A stretch of 64,000 bases of DNA. Source: Saccostrea echinata. Its lineage: Eukaryota. Location of the stretch: positions 8,928,001 through 8,992,000 of the forward strand of contig NW_026889796.1 of the NCBI RefSeq assembly GCF_033153115.1, given 5' to 3'. A program made the position numbers and the translations under genes. Positions within the stretch are counted from its first letter, which is position 1; the number at the start of each line of letters is the position of its first letter. This document shows, in pieces, positions 25,587-37,300 of this stretch. The notes under the pieces were generated by a model. That model saw only the letters and a program-made list of their open reading frames with translations. It had not been told where the DNA came from and ran no database searches.

Positions 25587-26610
25587 CAGGTCCGTAACCA
25601 GGGTTCGAAATTCACTATATACAACTCGCAAAACGCAAGTTAGAATTCCCAAATTGCGAGTTAAAAATTAGGTAACTCGCAAAAATTTGCGAGTTGATTT
25701 TTTTGCATTGAAACTGTAGCAAAATTATATAATATGACAGAACACAATGCTCTTGATTTAAATCAGTATTTTAACTAAAAGTCACACTGTAGTTGTATTT
25801 TGTGTATTGTACAGTAGTTACTTTTTCCTTAAGTTACATGTATTTAATTTATATAAATTTAACTTTATATGAAAATTGCGAGTACTAGTCTTATAAAATT
25901 GCGAGTTCACCTTCTTGGTACTCGCAATTATTTGCGAGTTGTAATTTTAGGGAGTTTCTAACCCTGGTAACAGCGTTTATCAAAGGAGGGGAGAAGGGGA
26001 GTAACCCCCCCCCCCCAGAAAAAAGACAAGAAAAAAAATTAACTGGTAAAACTCAGGAGGGGTTTAAATCTTCCTTTAAATTGTTGGGAATTTTTTAATG
26101 CAATAACACGGCACATATTCCACCTCCTGCAACAAAAGCTGTGTTTGTGTTGTGTGTGTGTGTGTAAGGGGGAGCACGGCGTTTGAATAGACTCTTTGCA
26201 AAAGTTGTGTCCCTTTGTGGACTCAACCAAAAGGTCAAAATGGAAAAAAAAACATTAATTTTTTTCCTCTTTCTCCTACCAAACATTTGGGCGTGCACCG
26301 ATACAACCACTGTGTTTAAATTCTTTTTTTTTTCAATATGGGTACACTGTAGCTCATCCTGTGGCAATCAATACACAAGACACAGAATTTTTTTCCAGTC
26401 AAATGACAAAGTTACAAAGCAGTAAACTACAATGGCTACTGTGAGGATTCTATGCCATGGGTTTCCCCAAAGATGGCGGCCAAGGGGCATAACTTCTGAA
26501 AGTGTGGATTTAAGCATGACATACAATAGAATCTAAAGCAAAACACTTTTCTTAAAAGCTTGACCCCCCTTCCCGTAGTACAACCGGACCCCCGTAGTAC
26601 AACGGACCTG
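25587..26610. mobile_element. Outer MITE with CAGGTCCGT termini, interrupted by a nested MITE
   Basis: CAGGTCCGTAAC at 25587 and AACGGACCTG ending 26610; flanks CAAGA and GAAGA. Confidence 0.55.
25599..25966. mobile_element. MITE with CAGGGTT termini, internal AACTCGCAA/TTGCGAGTT repeats and 5-bp TSD
   Basis: CAGGGTTCGAAA...TTTCTAACCCTG; GTAAC directly repeated at 25594-25598 and 25967-25971. Confidence 0.85.
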
Positions 26611-27342
26611 GAAGAGGTGATGATCAAGATGACTGAATATAACATAGGCCTATTTTAATTCAAAATTTAGTGTCCCTACATTTTGATTAGGCTATACTCT
26701 TCACATAGTCAGACTCTTTAAAGTAATTAATCTTACCTTTGGCCGTCATGTAATCTTGATAAATCATTGAGGCACTTTATTTATTTTTTAAAAATAATTC
26801 GTTTTCGTTTAGATTCTGAATAATTTAAAGCGTCTCTCCTTTCTTCTTTGAGCGAATCTCGACGCTGCCATCACTTGTGATGCAGTCACAATAAACTTGA
26901 CGTCATTTCTTAAAAGGGCCGCTACTCTAATTTCAAAAAGAAAACATTATGGAAAGTGGTGTCCGTAATAAATGATTTTTATTTAGTAACACAACGCCGG
27001 CCATATATTGCCAGATATTAATTCTCACCTGCCGGACATAGAAATACAACCGGCAGCCACTAGTCGCATTTTAACCAATGAATGTTCCACATTTCAATCC
27101 GAATGAAAATAAATAATTTTTTTATTACATGTACATTTAACATCATGAACATGTTCAAATTTGTTTGTGAAAATAATTGTAAATGGAAATCCAAAACAAT
27201 TGTTGATTTGTCACGGTTTTAATGTGGCAGTTAAGTTTGATTCTAGACCTTCCAGAGCAAAGGTGACTGTTCCCAGGTACATTTAAATTTATCTTTGTGT
27301 ATTTTGGTAGACTTTGCAATCCACTGAGACCCTAAAATGTAA

Positions 27343-27703
27343 TATTTACATTCAATGAATATTATCTCCTTTATTTCTTAAGAAAACCATTGCCGTTCAT
27401 CAGTCCGTAAACATCACTTGAGCTTATCACCTCTACAGTTTTCTGGAGCATTGGCTGTTCCATCAATGAAACGTACAATGACGTGCATATTAATAATACG
27501 CTATTTCATCTACTAAATCCTTTTTTGAATAAATATGTGCACAGATATAAATATAAACAATAAAATACCTTTCTCTGTTTGTTAGTGCGGGAAATAACGT
27601 TGCAGCTATTAACCCGCTTACGCGGGTTATGCATTTTTTCTGCAACAGCTGCAACATTAATTCCCGTACGTACTAACAACCAAAGAAAACATTTTATTGT
27701 TTA
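27343..27703. mobile_element. Hairpin-terminated non-autonomous element (copy 1 of 2)
   Basis: Homologous over ~360 bp to 50327-50700. Terminal palindrome 27554-27703 centred on TAACCCGCTTACGCGGGTTA. Confidence 0.8.
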
Positions 27704-27746
27704 AATGGATCCACTTCGTGAATTTCTTCAAAATTCTACTTTATCA

Positions 27747-28380
27747 AGCGCGGATCTAGAGAAAGGGGTCCGGGCGGACCCCCTCCCCGGGAATTTGCAG
27801 TTATCAAAAGTATATACTGAAGCAAATAAAAAATGACTTTGGAACCCCCCCCCCCCTTAGAAAACGTGGACCCTACCACCACCACGAGGAAACAGGTGGT
27901 TCCACGTTCGAGAAATGGATTTCACGTTTTTCACAAAGTATTTTTTATCAAGAGAAATTTGTAAATTTGAAATTTTTTGACTGGGTGGAACACCCTCCCT
28001 CCCCACTTAGTGGTAAGAGCGTCTGCTCTAGAGTCGTATTCTCTTTAGAGACATGTAGGCGAAAGTCTGTCCACTTTCTAAAGAGAATACTAGAGTCGCT
28101 GAGTAAGGAGTTGATCCTTATGTCGCGGGTTCAAATCCACTACGGGATGGGAGAATAGTCCTTCGGATGAGACTGTATGTATAAACCGAGGTCCCGTGTC
28201 GAAGTACGAAGAAAGATCCCTCACTGCTCAATTGCCCCGAGTGCCGAACATAGGTTAAAATTTGCAGCCCTCCACCGGCAAGTGGTGGCGTCTCCATATG
28301 AGTGAAAAATTCTCGAGAGGGACGTTAAACAACATACACCCCCCCCAACCCCCCAGAAAAAAAATCCTGAATCTGCGCCT
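27747..28380. mobile_element. Degenerate MITE (GCGCGGATCTAG...AATCTGCGCCT) hosting a SINE
   Basis: Imperfect inverted termini with G/C-run subterminal tracts. Confidence 0.45.
28003..28333 (+). mobile_element. tRNA-derived V-SINE
   Basis: A-box remnant AGTGGTAAGAGC and B box GGTTCAAATCC. V-domain-like GTCCTTCGGATGAGAC...TAAACCGAGGTCC...AAAGATCCC (28158-28220). 3' tail TCCATATGAGTGAAAAATTCTCGAGAGGGACGTTAAAC. Confidence 0.75.
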
Positions 28381-29414
28381 TTGTATGCTTGTCAGAGGGA
28401 TCAATTTTATTCAAGCTTCATAAAATACCGAACAATATCATGTTACTGGAAAGGGGGTGAGAGTGAAGGCCCTGAAGGGGTATCCTCTTCCCTGTATCAG
28501 ATTTTTAAAATAAATGATAGAACTTTTCTTTTTACAATTTGAAAAAAAGGGCACAGAATCTCACCCATCATACCCCCCCCCCCTTTTGATGACCTTAGTA
28601 ATACTTCTTACTACCAATCAGACAAAGTTAACCCTGGATCGCAGGTAATTGTTGTGATAAATTTATGATAAGAAAAACTCACCAGGATTCATGCTATCAT
28701 ATAAAGCTGCTTCCACAACTATACGCAGTTTTCAGCAGTAACACTATGGTTCTGCAATTCATTTGTATTCCCTTGTATAACGATTTTGAGGCTTATTTTT
28801 TGGGAAAAAAAATTACGTACTAAACTTTTTTCCATTACATTATGAAATATTGCATTACAACATGTACAGAAAATAAGAGAACAGCAAATGAATGTACAAC
28901 GTACATGTACTTCAAGTTTTCAGACTGGGGTAGGTGCATGTAGTCACACTCAATTTGTGGTCTCTTAATATCTTTACTTTTTATGTGAATTTGTAGTCTG
29001 AAAGCAAGTAAATATTTTCTTTTGAGCTAAATTTGATCATGTTGTACAATTATGCCCAAAATGCCACTCGAATGCACATCCTTTTATATGGAATGATCAT
29101 TTTTAATTACAATCCAATAAAAAAAAATGCTTGCATACTCTGAAAGAGATGCACATTATCAACAAATATCACAAAATGTAAAGCAATTACATACGTGTAA
29201 TTTTAAAAACAAGTTTCTTTTCAGTATACATGTAATAACTTGGAATATCACAATTGTCCATTTATAGGTTTGCATTCTGACAACATTAGTGTGCTTAACA
29301 AGTCCAGATTTCAATGATGAAAATCCAGATATCACCATAAGAAGTCCTCCAGAATTCAAAAATGAAAGTTTTCAAAATTAGAAGTCCAGATTTCAACATC
29401 ATATAGTTTATAAT

Positions 29415-31279
29415 CTATTTCTTTTTGGTTTTATCGTCCTTTTTCTCTTCCTCCTGTGCCTCCTCCCCCTCCTCTGGTTCGGGTATGGGTGGGGGTGCGA
29501 TGTGAGGGAATACATTTTCCCCATGATATGCAAGTTTTCCCTCCAATTTTAGCTGGCTTTCTATCTGTATAAGTCTGTTGAACAGGGCGATTCTTTCACC
29601 CCTCACTGGGGCCCCAATTTTGAAAAATCTTGCATTCATTCCAACAGCCTTTTTTGAGAAAAAAAATTGCAAATTTTACAATAAAATATGGAAGAAATGG
29701 GTCATAAATTTATCCTCTTTGAAATTTATCCTATTCAAATGATCTGAAAATATTTGGATATACAGGTATTTATCAATATGGAATCATAGAGTAAACATAA
29801 TTGTAAGAAACTGCATACCATGTCTGCTAAGAAAGTGTCAGTTGTCTCTCCGTAGCATGTAGTCAGTACAATTTGATTCTCTGCATCTGTAATCAAATAA
29901 CACATGAACATAATTCAAAAGTTTTCAAAATGACTCATTTACATGAGAACATTTTTTTTCAATTAAATATGAATGGTTTGGCACACTGTAACTTTGGTAT
30001 TCTGCATTGTAGGAACTACTCACCTTCCATTTTCTTTGCACAATCGAGGACATCTGTCACTGTGTTTAATTGGTCCATCTTGAGGATGATGCCACTGGTT
30101 TTAAATTCTTCTGTGAGCTCCTCCTCCAGCAGTTTGGCTGGGCGGGGGTAGGTGTGGTTACCCATCACGTAACACTGATCACTGATCCTCTCGCACAGTC
30201 TCATCCAATGTTCCTTTTCCTGTCATATACAAACAATTAAATATGCATGGATTGCAGTTACAACAAGACACACATGGGTCACATTGCTCACTTGAGCACT
30301 TTGACTAGGAAAAAGCAGAAATCAATTCAGTATTGAAAAGTTTAAATATAAATATAAATGTGGTTCCGATATTTAATCTTTTATTGAGGCCTTGCCCTAC
30401 CTCCAGGGACATGATTGGAACACATCTGAAACTGCTCTACCTGAGGATGCTTCTGAATTAATAAGACTGGGTTTGACGTTCTTGAGATATATCACTTATA
30501 TACTTTTTTATAACTGTGAAAACTTTTATCCCCTGTTGTGGCCTCACCAAACCCCCAGGGGTCATGATTTGAACAAACCTGAATCTACACTACCTGAAGA
30601 TACTTCCATATTAATATGACTAACCATGGCTTTGCTGTTCTTGAGAAGAAAATTTTTCAAGATTTTTCCTATATATTCCTATGTAAAACTTTGATCCTCC
30701 ATTGTGGTCCCATACTACCACTGGGGTTATGATTTGAACAAACCTAAATTTACACTACCTGAGGATGTTTCCATATCAATATGACTACACAAGAATTTGC
30801 TGTCCTTGAAAAGTTTTTTCAAGATTTTTTCCTATATATTCCTAGGTAAAACTTTTATCCCCAATTGTGGCCCCACCCTACACCCAGGGGTCATGATTTG
30901 AACAAACCTAAATCTACAATACCCGAGGATGCTTCCATATTAATATGACTCAACAAGACTTTGCTATTCTTCAGAAGATTTTCAAAGATTTTTCCTATTT
31001 ATTCCTTCATAAAACTTTGATCGCCCATTGTGGCCCCACCCTACCCCCAGAGGTCATGATTTGAATAAACTTGAATCAACACTTAGGTTTCACATAAGTT
31101 TCAACTTTTCTGCCCAGTGGTTTTTGAGAAGAAGATTTTTAAAAGGTACCACCAATTTTTCACTGTTTCTTAATTATCTCCCCTAGGAAGAGGGAGTGAC
31201 CCTTCATTTGAACAAATTTGAATTCCCTTCACCAAAGGATACTTTGTGCCAAGTTCTGTTGAAATTGGCCTAGTGATTT

Positions 31280-31312
<33 letters not shown>

Positions 31313-34300
31313 ATGACAGACAACTGTCGGACAAATTTCAATCAGAAAAGTTCACTTGAGCATTTAGCTCAGGTGAGCTAAAAAGTATTTTCAAGTACCT
31401 TTACATATGAGCCTAGAATTACTTACCTGTTTCCTCAGGGGGTCAATGATAGCAATGACTGATGGGTAGCGACCAAGTAGCTCTGCCCAGAACTCTACCA
31501 TGTCCTCGGGAACCTTTTGTTGTCCCCCCATCACCTCATATTTACCCTTCTCCTACAATTCATAAGTCAAACTTATCATAAATGGTTTCTTTGCACTATC
31601 ACCTGTTGCACAAGATGGTGAATTTATGAGGTACACGTTTTAGTACTTAGATGGATTAAGGAAATATCAAGGATTGATTACTGATGAAAAGAAAACCTAG
31701 AATTTAAGGGTTTTTCTTCCTAAAGGATTCTTTACTTTTTTTCTTGTGTGAAGTGAAAATGTGACTATTCTGAACTTATAGTTATGAAACTTATGATCCA
31801 AAGTGATTAGTAGACAGTACTTCTTATTCAATACAACACTGTTATTCTATAATATGCACATGTTATATCAGTATCAAGTTATTATCTCAAGTAAGTTAAT
31901 TCTTCAACTACAAGAGTTAGTGATGAGTATAGATATAACATTTAAAAGGAACTAAATACAAACTGACACTGAAATAGTTCATTTTAATCATTAGAAGAAA
32001 ACACTTTAAGGTCCTAAATTATGTCAGATAGAACTATTCTAATTGATTGTTCATAACAGTTTGAGTTTTATAGAATTTCTATTAGGTATGTGAAGTATCT
32101 GATTCTGAAACTTGTATGCACAAAAATTTATCTTAATTATTTAAGCATTTTAAAGCAATTGGTGTCATGTGCATACAAATTGAACATCATGAATATGACT
32201 GTATCTACATTTCAGTAGATTTATGACACTGTGCAATGCCAAAAAATTACCCCCTCCACTTCTTTCTCCCCCCCCCCCAATTACAGAAATTAAATTTAAA
32301 TTATGAAGTAATATTACATCATGGATACATTCAAAGACTAGCTAGGATATACAGAAATACATGCTTATAGCTAAGTGCCAGGGACAAACAATTTTGATTT
32401 TTTATAAACATAATTCGTTATATTCGTTAAGTTCATAATATGTTTAAAACTACATGGAATGAAAATCACTTCTAAATTGTAAATTGTAATTCATCATGTT
32501 TGCTGCAACCATGTTTTATTACTGTATATATTTTTTCAACGTGTTTTTCCCCCCTTTTTGTGCAATGACATGTATTTTCTATTACATTCAATAAAAAAGT
32601 GGTAACTATAAAAATTTACTAGATTAATAATGAATTTAAACAAACAAAAAGACAATTAATAAAGCCACTTGATCTATGTACCACTCCATCGAAATCAAAA
32701 ACATGATTCTATTCAAAGATGTCCCAGAAATTGACACGTAACATTGACTATACACAAACATAATTCACAATATACAAAATTTACAACACATGCAGTTATA
32801 AATACATGTACCACAGCATATCTGTAAAGATTAGTTCACATCATGTCATATAAGAGTGTTCGCTTCATTTGATACCTTGTGCATACCCTGCCCAGGAAAA
32901 TCGGATTTGGCTGGTATAGAGGGATCCTGGTAGAGATCATATTTGAAGTATTAAATTACATAGGAAAAAAAAAGTCAAATGACGCTAAAGCATGCATGCC
33001 GCTTCTCAAGCACAAATTCGCAGTACGTTGCAAAAAAAAGGAACAGGTACATGTAACTTGTAAAATTGAACATATATATAGCACACAGAGACAATAATTA
33101 AGCAATGTGACTGTATTAAGAACAGCACAATGTGTGCCATAATGTGATTGAACGCAGTGCGCAAAAACATGGTGCCCTGTCCTATAAAAACCCACTTAGA
33201 CATTCACCTACACATTTAAATTTGGCATCAAACACTCTTACCCAAAACAAAAAAAAAATCTCATTATGTACTTACTAAAGCCTGACCTGCTTTCTTATCC
33301 TTTTAGGTCAAACAGTAATTTTAACAATGAATAATATCATTATGTATCGATCATCAATATCCCTTTTCATTTTGAATGAAGTATTGTATTGTGAATATAC
33401 TGGTACATATAAGTACCAGTTAAGAATAAATCAGATCATTTACGTATACATGCACATTTCTTTACATATGGTGAAATATCAATTATTGCTAAAAAGTATC
33501 AACCACATGCGAAAAAATGAATTTTAAAAATGTTAAGATAAGAAAAGAAATTTTAGAAGGGTAATACATTTTATAGGCTGTGTGCCTGCATGTAACTAAT
33601 GCCATTTTATGTTAAATAAATATTTGTTTGATATAAAGAAATAATGGTTAAATAGTTTAAAAAATATAATGAAATTGGAATTAATGCATGAAATTGGAGG
33701 CTGGTTACTTACATAGTCAAATATTTCTTTGCCGGCGAGATTGAGAGCTATGAAGAAATCCTCCCCTGGTGTTAGTTCTAGGCTGGTGATGGCATCCTGT
33801 AGGATATCTAATCCTTGTTCAGGTTTGTCGTAGGAGGGACACAGAGCCCCAATGTCATTCCCATACTGGGCAGCCATCTGAAAACAACATTGGAAAATCA
33901 AACATTTTTATCAATGAAACACTTTTACAAAATGGACAATTCTTGGCCCATTTTTCCTTGGATTTACTTTTGATTTCTTATTATCAACATGAAAATTGAA
34001 GGCAGATGAGCAAAAAAAAAAAACTACTGAATCTCAAATCCCTTTCCACTCCATCAGTATATGTCTAGACTCTACAGCAGATATAAACCAAATACAGCAC
34101 ATAACCTTAGATAAAAAAAAAACATGACCAGTAAAGACTCATAAAAACAAAAGACTTCCTCTACATATGCACAGCAAGCAGCTAGTGTATACAAAGACAA
34201 CCAAGCAAGCTCCCATTTGAATAAAAATAATTTATTTACTGAAAGATATAGCAGATAAATCAAATCACTTACCCCACTTTTGTTTACAAAATTTTTGGTC

Positions 34301-37300
34301 ACATAGCTGTAGATTTTCTGGCAGTACCTAAGACTCTGAAAAAGAGATATTCAAATAACATTTGTTGGATGTAAAAATTTAACTTGATGAATTTGTTAAC
34401 AAATCTTTGACCCACGACTGTGGTCTCGGTAAATTTTCCTTATCCCATGTATAAAAATTTACCTCAGAAATAGGCATTCCAGGTTTTGGGACCACCATGA
34501 ATTCTTTGACACAATTTAGTTTTCCTGGAGCTGACCGACCACTTTGAATAATAGTTACCATTGGAATAGGAATTCGCATATCCTTGGGAATCTTTATGAT
34601 TAAAAAAAAATGGTATATATTATTTGGTAAAAAGAAAAATAGGAAATATAGTAGAAATGCTAAATTAATCATGTTCTCATATCTCTTTTTGAGAGAGAAA
34701 GAGGAGGGAGAAAATTTTCATGATTTTCTAGAATTAGAATTCATCATAAAAATACATTTTTTTGGCTAGTAAATTCACAGATTTGTCAGAATATGCACTT
34801 AAATATTGTATAATGGGTCCAAATTTTGAGGTTTTGTCATTGTATTGCAAAACATAGAATACTCAAATTCTACATCATAGGTAATGTATGTGTACTTAAA
34901 AAAGCGGGCTTCATATTTTAGCGGCTTTGGTGCAGTCAACAATGCACTAATTTATGAATACAGCTAAGAAATAATTCATATATACAATACACGGCACGGA
35001 CATGTGTAGCACTCATTCATGATTACGCCAACAACTCTATACCCAGTGATTTCGCTAAATTTTGAATACACAATATTAGGTACATGTACAGTATATTGCA
35101 GTTTAAATCACAAAAATTGCCAACACAGATTTAGAATGCTACCTTTGAAGAACCTAATTGCAAAAGCTTTGAACCTAAGATCATACTCTATATGGTGACC
35201 CCCCACTCTTGTCTTACCTCTCCAAATCTGAGGGCAGCAATATGCTGATACAGTGGAACATCTCTGACCGTTGCAGCAGCTGTACAGGCTGCTCGGCTTG
35301 CTACACACAACGATCCAGCACCAGGAAGAAGTTTTTCTTTCGGTTCATCTGGAATCACTACAACTGGTGCACTCTTTCCCTTCCTTCCATGACAAAAAAA
35401 AATGTCAAATTAATTTTAAATAATTCATATATGTGTTGTTGGTTTTTTTTTTAAAAAAAAAGGTTGTTTTTTTTTTTTTTTAAAAAAGGTACATGTATAT
35501 TGACCCATGCTGAAAATTTATTTTTCATTATGGAAGTGTATAACTTCATGGTTCATGAATATTTTTAGCACAGAATTATTTAAAATTATCAGACCCTTCA
35601 GATACATATATATATTCTTTCTAGAGAAGTGGATATAGGCATATAACCTACATGTGGATGTATAGAAAAGTCTGTCTAATTCTCTGAAGAGAATACACTT
35701 CCTGGGAGAATATGAAATACACAGAGTGATACCATTCTCATTTCTGATTTTTTTTTTATGTGAATATATGATTTAAATCAAATAAACTTATTTCATTTTA
35801 TGCTACAGTGAGGCATCCAACTGTATGCCTTTGCTGTTACCAAATGATCTATATAAAGTGGTGGCATGCACAAATATTGCTCAAATAATTTAAAACCTAA
35901 AAGTCTTTATTGTGAAATATAATGGTATATATATATGTCATTTGAACATATTACTAAATGTCATTCAAATTCAGCTAAAAATTCCTTATATATTTAATTC
36001 ATGCAATAAAAAAAATATAGATGTAAATGGATTATACATGTAGAAATAAATATGTAGTCAAATACAGTATATGTTTTTTTTTATACACATGAGGACTTCA
36101 ATTCAGAAAAGGATTATAAATGTATGGACAGACCTTATGAAATGTCCAGTAAAAATTCAAAACTTACTTCTTCTTACAAATGTCTTAAGTATCACTGAAT
36201 CTTTTAAAAGTATCTCAAAGTCTTTTTGCTGTGGACAAAGCTTGTTAAAAGCTTGAAATGTGTTAATATTAAATGTACTGTAGACTAGTCTATATCCACA
36301 TAGATAAACCCATCACCACCAGAATTTAGAATGTGTGATACCACTCACTTCTTACTGGAAACAGGGTTATTCCTATAGAATTACAATCACATAAAATTTG
36401 TTGTTACATTTACTATATCACAAGTTCAGAGGCAGAAGACTTACAGTGTATTTAATTCATATTATGAAAATCATTTAACGACAGATTTACACATTTTTCA
36501 CTTAGCACAGTGCTGATATAGCCCTGCATTTTCAATGATTGTAGCTTATAACTGTGGTGCATCAATATTAAATATTTCACTCTTTGATGTTAGATAATTG
36601 GTCCTATAGCATTCATATAGAATTCAAAGTCAACTTTGTGACATGCGAATCAAAATGGGAAAAACATATTTGTAAAACTAATATTTTTGTGCAGTTTTTT
36701 GCACAATTATGTCTCTCTAGTTTCATTTATTCAAGGTTCATCCATCCACAACTAATAAATCTGAGTAAACACTCCACATCAATACATGAATAAATGGCTG
36801 TTCACTGCAAGAAATATTCAGGAGAAAAAGGTTGTGAATCTCCCAGTTATTTATTTCTTGCCAATTAAAGTGGGTATATCTTTTGACTACAAGCTAGAAC
36901 ATTTAACCAACATCATCAAGAGAAACATTAAAATTTGCTACAATCATTGAAATGGCAAAACCTGTCTTTCTGTCTGTGTTACAATCATTTTTTCTATAAG
37001 ACATATTGTTAATTTGTAACTTGCAACAGAAATTCAATTTCATTTTCAGCTGTAAGCAGCACAATGACAAACATATACTGTTATACAATTTCAAGGTCCT
37101 ACGTCCTAATAACATGACCAACCATACATGTACTTACAAGAAATCAAGATCACCAGCAATGCTGTTACTGATTGAAAACAAACTTACTCCCATCAGAAAT
37201 TATGTATTTCCATCACTTAAGCATTGTTTGGTAACTAATATTATTCTGTTGACACAAATATCATTTTACCATTTTAATCCAAAAATATAAAGCTATGATA

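Noticed and set aside
28158-28220. Hammerhead ribozyme in CGGATGAG...AAAC
   Set aside because: Core deviates from CUGAUGA/GAAA and I could not build the three stems; explained as the V-SINE domain.
36168-36277. Additional eno4 exon (open stretch with AG and GTAAGT)
   Set aside because: Exit phase does not match the next exon and there is no similarity to enolase.
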